From positions 1,152,001-1,216,000 of the forward strand of contig OZ240211.1 in the NCBI GenBank assembly GCA_965197525.1: a DNA stretch of 64,000 nucleotides, read 5' to 3'. A program made the position numbers and the translations under genes. Each line of letters opens with the position of its first letter. The first letter of the stretch is position 1. Positions 60,490-64,000 of this stretch are shown here, one piece after another. This stretch comes from Nitrosopumilus sp. (GTDB lineage Archaea; Thermoproteota; Nitrososphaeria; Nitrososphaerales; Nitrosopumilaceae). The notes below the pieces were generated by a model. That model was not told where the DNA came from. It saw only the letters and a program-made list of their open reading frames with translations, and searched no databases.

Positions 60490-63400
60490 CTATGCTGTGT
60501 ATCGCAGGCGTGTATTGTAACGTAGTCCTAGTACAACAGCAGATGTTATGGCAATGCCCAAGACTATCATAGCCAAGGTGCCAAACTCTGGTACGATCAC
60601 TGCGACTGTGTCCATTCTTTCCATCAACGCATCTATACGTTCGTTGATCTCGGCTACCGGAGCACCAGCATTCATCCTGTCTCGTAGTTCTTCACGCATG
60701 AGAGTCTCCACTTCTAGCATCAGATCCCGCTCACCAGCATCATCTAGTGGTCCTTCCAAGAACTCGTAATTATCAAGATATGCTTCTCTTACGAAACTCT
60801 CAGCCAAGGCAGCGTTACCTTGTCTGTACTCAATTCTTGCGTCTTCAAGTAATCGTCGAATTTCTGAGACGTAATCAAGCAGGTTTTCTTCTACTATCTC
60901 TCCAGAGAGATTCTGTAACGTCTTGACATTGTCCAAGCCTTCTGATACCAAGGTCGTCACCGTAGCCGTACTACCGTAAGACGTGACAATTGAGTCGATC
61001 TCATCGAGTATCGAGCCTAGTCTGGAAGTATCAGATGTAGATAGTGCTGAAAACTCACCAGAATTGGAATTGTATAGACTTTGTGCCCTGGATAGGAACG
61101 CCACGGTCTCGTCATACTCCACCTGATTCACTATTTTGCCGTCTGCGACAGCATCTACATATTCTATATCAATTAGGGTAAGTCTGTCTTTGATTCCAGA
61201 TAACGCAATGCCTATTGGACTAGTGTCTCCGCCCTCATATTGACGTATGACCGTCTCGACTATGGACAGTGAGGTCTCAAGTTTCTGGATCTTTGTGTTT
61301 TTACTTAGTGTAGATTCGGTGACCCTTATTACCTCCTCCATCTGGCGTAACACAGATCCGGCCTTGTCAGAATCCAATACGCGCTCCATATCTGGATGTA
61401 GTGTACGATAATAATAGAGTCCCTCGTATGCAAATTTCTTGGATCCTTGGGCGTCATCATCCTGCAACGCCTTGATTGCAGCTTCTATCTCTTCTACTGT
61501 CTTGAGTTTGAATATTTCAAGCAGATCGTCCTTGATTGTGTCACCTTGTTCAGGAGTCACGCTTCCAGTAGAGGAGATCGTGGCCAGAACATCATTTGTT
61601 GCATAATCTTTCTCAGATATTCCAAACTTTTTCTCCATCACATCAAACCATGCCAAGAGTCTATTAGCGTCATTTGTAACGATTGCATTCTCTATTTCGT
61701 GGTATGCGATCTTGTATATGGTCTTGTCAATTATCTGCCGATTGAGTTTTACCTGATCAACGTTGCCTTGTTTGAGCAGACGATCATCCTCGGAGAACGT
61801 GTCTGTGATTAACATGTCGTCTTGGGCGTCATTTGCCTTGGCTGCTGATTGGAAGACATCCTCGTAGATGGATTTCGCGCTATTTAGTTTGGATATGGCC
61901 TCGTTTGTGGTAGATGCCTTCTCAGATGCTGACAGTTCAGACTTTATCATACTCCAAGAGTCACCCAATGGGGTTGTTGGAGTGCCAGATAGTACAGCTG
62001 CTACCGTGTTCATCTTACCAAGTATGGTATTGATTCTAGAGTCTATCTCGGCTACCGGAGCACCAGATCTAATCCTGTCTCGCAGTTCCTCACGCATCAG
62101 AACCTCGACCTCTTCCATTAACCCACGCTCTCCGGCCTCTACGAGCGGTCCCTCTATGAACTCATAGTTGTCAAGGTATGCCTTTGTGACATAACTCAAT
62201 GCAAGATCAGAGTTGCCTTGACGGTATTCAGATTTTGCATCAGTAAGAAGTGTGTTAATTGTATCAACATAGTTTGACAAATTACTGGATTCATCATCAT
62301 ATCCGGTCATCTCGTCAATCTCATGTATTATTCCACCTGCCAGTGTCTCTACCGTATCAGGACTTGCTATTTGGTCGTATGCTGCCCAGAGTTCCTCGTA
62401 GAGTTCCTCAATCTCGTCTGCCTCATGACTATCAATGTCAGACTTTATCTCATTGAAGATCTGCTGGGATCTCCACACAAATGCAGAGCCGTCCTGGAAT
62501 TCTGCTACCTCTGTAATGGCACCGTTGGTAACTGCCTCACCATATTCTGCAATGGATGTCTCTAGAAGACCTTTCATAAGTAATAGTTTAAAGTTAGGAT
62601 CAGCACTCACTCCTGCATTTATGACCGTGTTGCGTACGGTCTCGACTAGTTCCTTTGCATCATCGACTGCCTGTTGTGCTTGGGCACGTGACACATCAGT
62701 TGATGCCTTGTCCTTTAGTTCTACGAGCACGGTTCGGAATTGGGCGTCAAGTGCTGGATTTGCATCTTGTATAACTGGTTTCATGACATCGTATAGTTCA
62801 GCAATTGGATGCGTTGCATGAACAATAGCTAGTTCAGCATTTCTCTCATCTAAATTCAATTCAATAGCCCAGAAGTGACCCAATGTCTCTTCGAGGCTTC
62901 CTGCAAACGCGACAGTTGCATCATCATATCCGGTAAGATCATCAATCTCGTGGATTATTCCACCTGCCAGTGTCTCTACCGTATCAGGACTTGCTATTTG
63001 GTCGTATGCTGCCCAGAGTTCCTCGTAGAGTTCCTCAATCTCGTCTGCCTCATGACTATCAATGTCAGACTTTATCTCATTGAAGATCTGCTGGGATCTC
63101 CACACAAATGCAGAGCCGTCCTGGAATTCTGCTACCTCTGTAATTCACCATATTCTGCATGTCTCTAGAAGACCTTTCATAAGTAATAGTTTAAAGTTAG
63201 GATCAGCACTCACTCCTGCATTTATGACCGTGTTGCGTACGGTCTCGACTAGTTCCTTTGCATCATCGACTGCCTGTTGTGCTTGGGCACGTGACACATC
63301 AGTTGATGCCTTGTCCTTTAGTTCTACGAGCACGGTTCGGAATTGGGCGTCAAGTGCTGGATTTGCATCTTGTATAACTGGTTTCATGACATCGTATAGT

Positions 63401-63603
63401 TCAGCAATTGGATGCGTTGCATGAACAATAGCTAGTTCAGCATTTCTCTCATCTAAATTCAATTCAATAGCCCAGAAGTGACCCAATGTCTCTTCGAGGC
63501 TTCCTGCAAACGCGACAGTCTCATCACTATCTGCAAATGCAAGTGGAGTGGCAGATAAAATTGTCAATATAGATACTGTAAACAGTATTTTATCATATTG
63601 CAT
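60490..63603 (-). pseudogene. PEFG-CTERM surface protein of Glu-rich helical modules (putative iron capture), one frame interrupted by a UGA at 63145-63147
   Basis: Track ORFs 63145-63603 and 60490-63105 are in the same frame. N-terminal signal peptide, C-terminal VPEFG + TM + basic tail, AYLDNYEF(I/L)EGPL twice. Confidence 0.85.
62292..63519. repeat. Near-identical tandem duplication (627-bp unit; second copy 603 bp)
   Basis: CATCATCATATCCGGT recurs at 62292 and 62919 (offset 627); GACAGT at 62911 and 63514 (offset 603). The difference is 19-nt and 5-nt deletions near 63144-63160. Confidence 0.95.
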
Positions 63604-64000
63604 AATAGAATTTGTTCTTATGTGCTTTTTAAGTTGTTTGCAGGTTATAGAATGATATTTTATGAGTATAAAATAAGTATAGAGAATGTATTTTAGAAAA
63701 TAATTTGATTATTCGCATCTTTGGTTGATTTACATTTCTAAATAATGTATGAAACAAAGCACGAGTTATAGGTAATCTAAGCAGCTAGAAAGTTAATTTG
63801 GAAAATTAATTTTATCAAAAAGGTACTTGCTCACATCCCTCTTGATTAGTGCCTATGGATAGGTCGATGTGGATTATAGTTATGCACGGAGTAAGGTATG
63901 ACGTGAACAAGTACTCAAAAAGAATTTCAATATGATTCTGGTACAAACTTGATAAAAAAGATCAAAATATGTGTATTTATACAAATCCTACAACTCGAAA

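Noticed and set aside
11317-62821. Numerous 60-250-aa antisense or alternate-frame ORFs in the track (e.g. 12514-13266, 29315-29920, 49311-49877, 50526-51071)
   Set aside because: They lie fully within well-supported genes on the opposite strand or frame and have no motifs; they are shadow ORFs.
63145-63147. Selenocysteine or programmed readthrough of the in-frame UGA
   Set aside because: Comparison with the sister repeat shows the UGA is a by-product of two deletions (the ancestral codons are Tyr-Gly-Glu). No Sec machinery is visible here.
63699-63713. AATAAT-TTG-ATTATT palindrome upstream of the iron locus as a Fur/DtxR box
   Set aside because: It is short, lies in very AT-rich DNA and its spacing does not match the canonical boxes, so chance cannot be excluded.
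1-64000. CRISPR array or rRNA
   Set aside because: No regularly spaced 25-45-bp repeats with unique spacers and no rRNA-like sequence were seen. The repeats found are two-copy or intragenic.

Overview
Archaeal chromosome segment, almost certainly an ammonia-oxidising Nitrososphaerota (Thaumarchaeota, Nitrosopumilaceae-like). The evidence is a PEFG-CTERM protein, gatDE, archaeal 7S SRP RNA, a cbi/cob cluster, a Thaumarchaeota-type cupredoxin and a bacterial-type MetK. The backbone is housekeeping: cutA (partial), M50 protease, tRNA thiolase, SRP RNA, acyP, rpl2, cdc48, gatD/gatE, hemB, tRNA-Leu(CAG), dnaJ-dnaK-grpE, nucleotide-sugar dehydrogenases, ABC pair, RPA, Lhr, RadB-like, LSm, metK and cbiD-G-X-C/cbiA/cobO. 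Six accessory blocks interrupt it. (1) An AbiE-like type IV TA pair with palindromic operators and a decayed duplicate of its own 5' end. (2) A 1216-aa orphan with a C-terminal PD-(D/E)XK-like motif, bracketed by ~130-bp direct repeats that are homologous to an internal segment of the same gene. (3) An ~8-kb defence island between gatE and hemB: Hachiman-like hamA/hamB, HTH, orphan AbiEi plus truncated AbiEii, ISH3 relic, HNH nuclease. (4) A dead ISH3 element with TIRs. (5) A stand-alone NurA-HerA pair without mre11/rad50. (6) An FTR1 iron permease with a modular Glu-rich PEFG-CTERM surface protein carrying a near-identical 627-bp tandem duplication broken by one in-frame UGA. Many conserved proteins carry poly-Asn/Asp/Ser/Ala/Gly simple-sequence expansions. 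No CRISPR array or rRNA was seen. All family calls come from motif recognition by eye; no database search was run.
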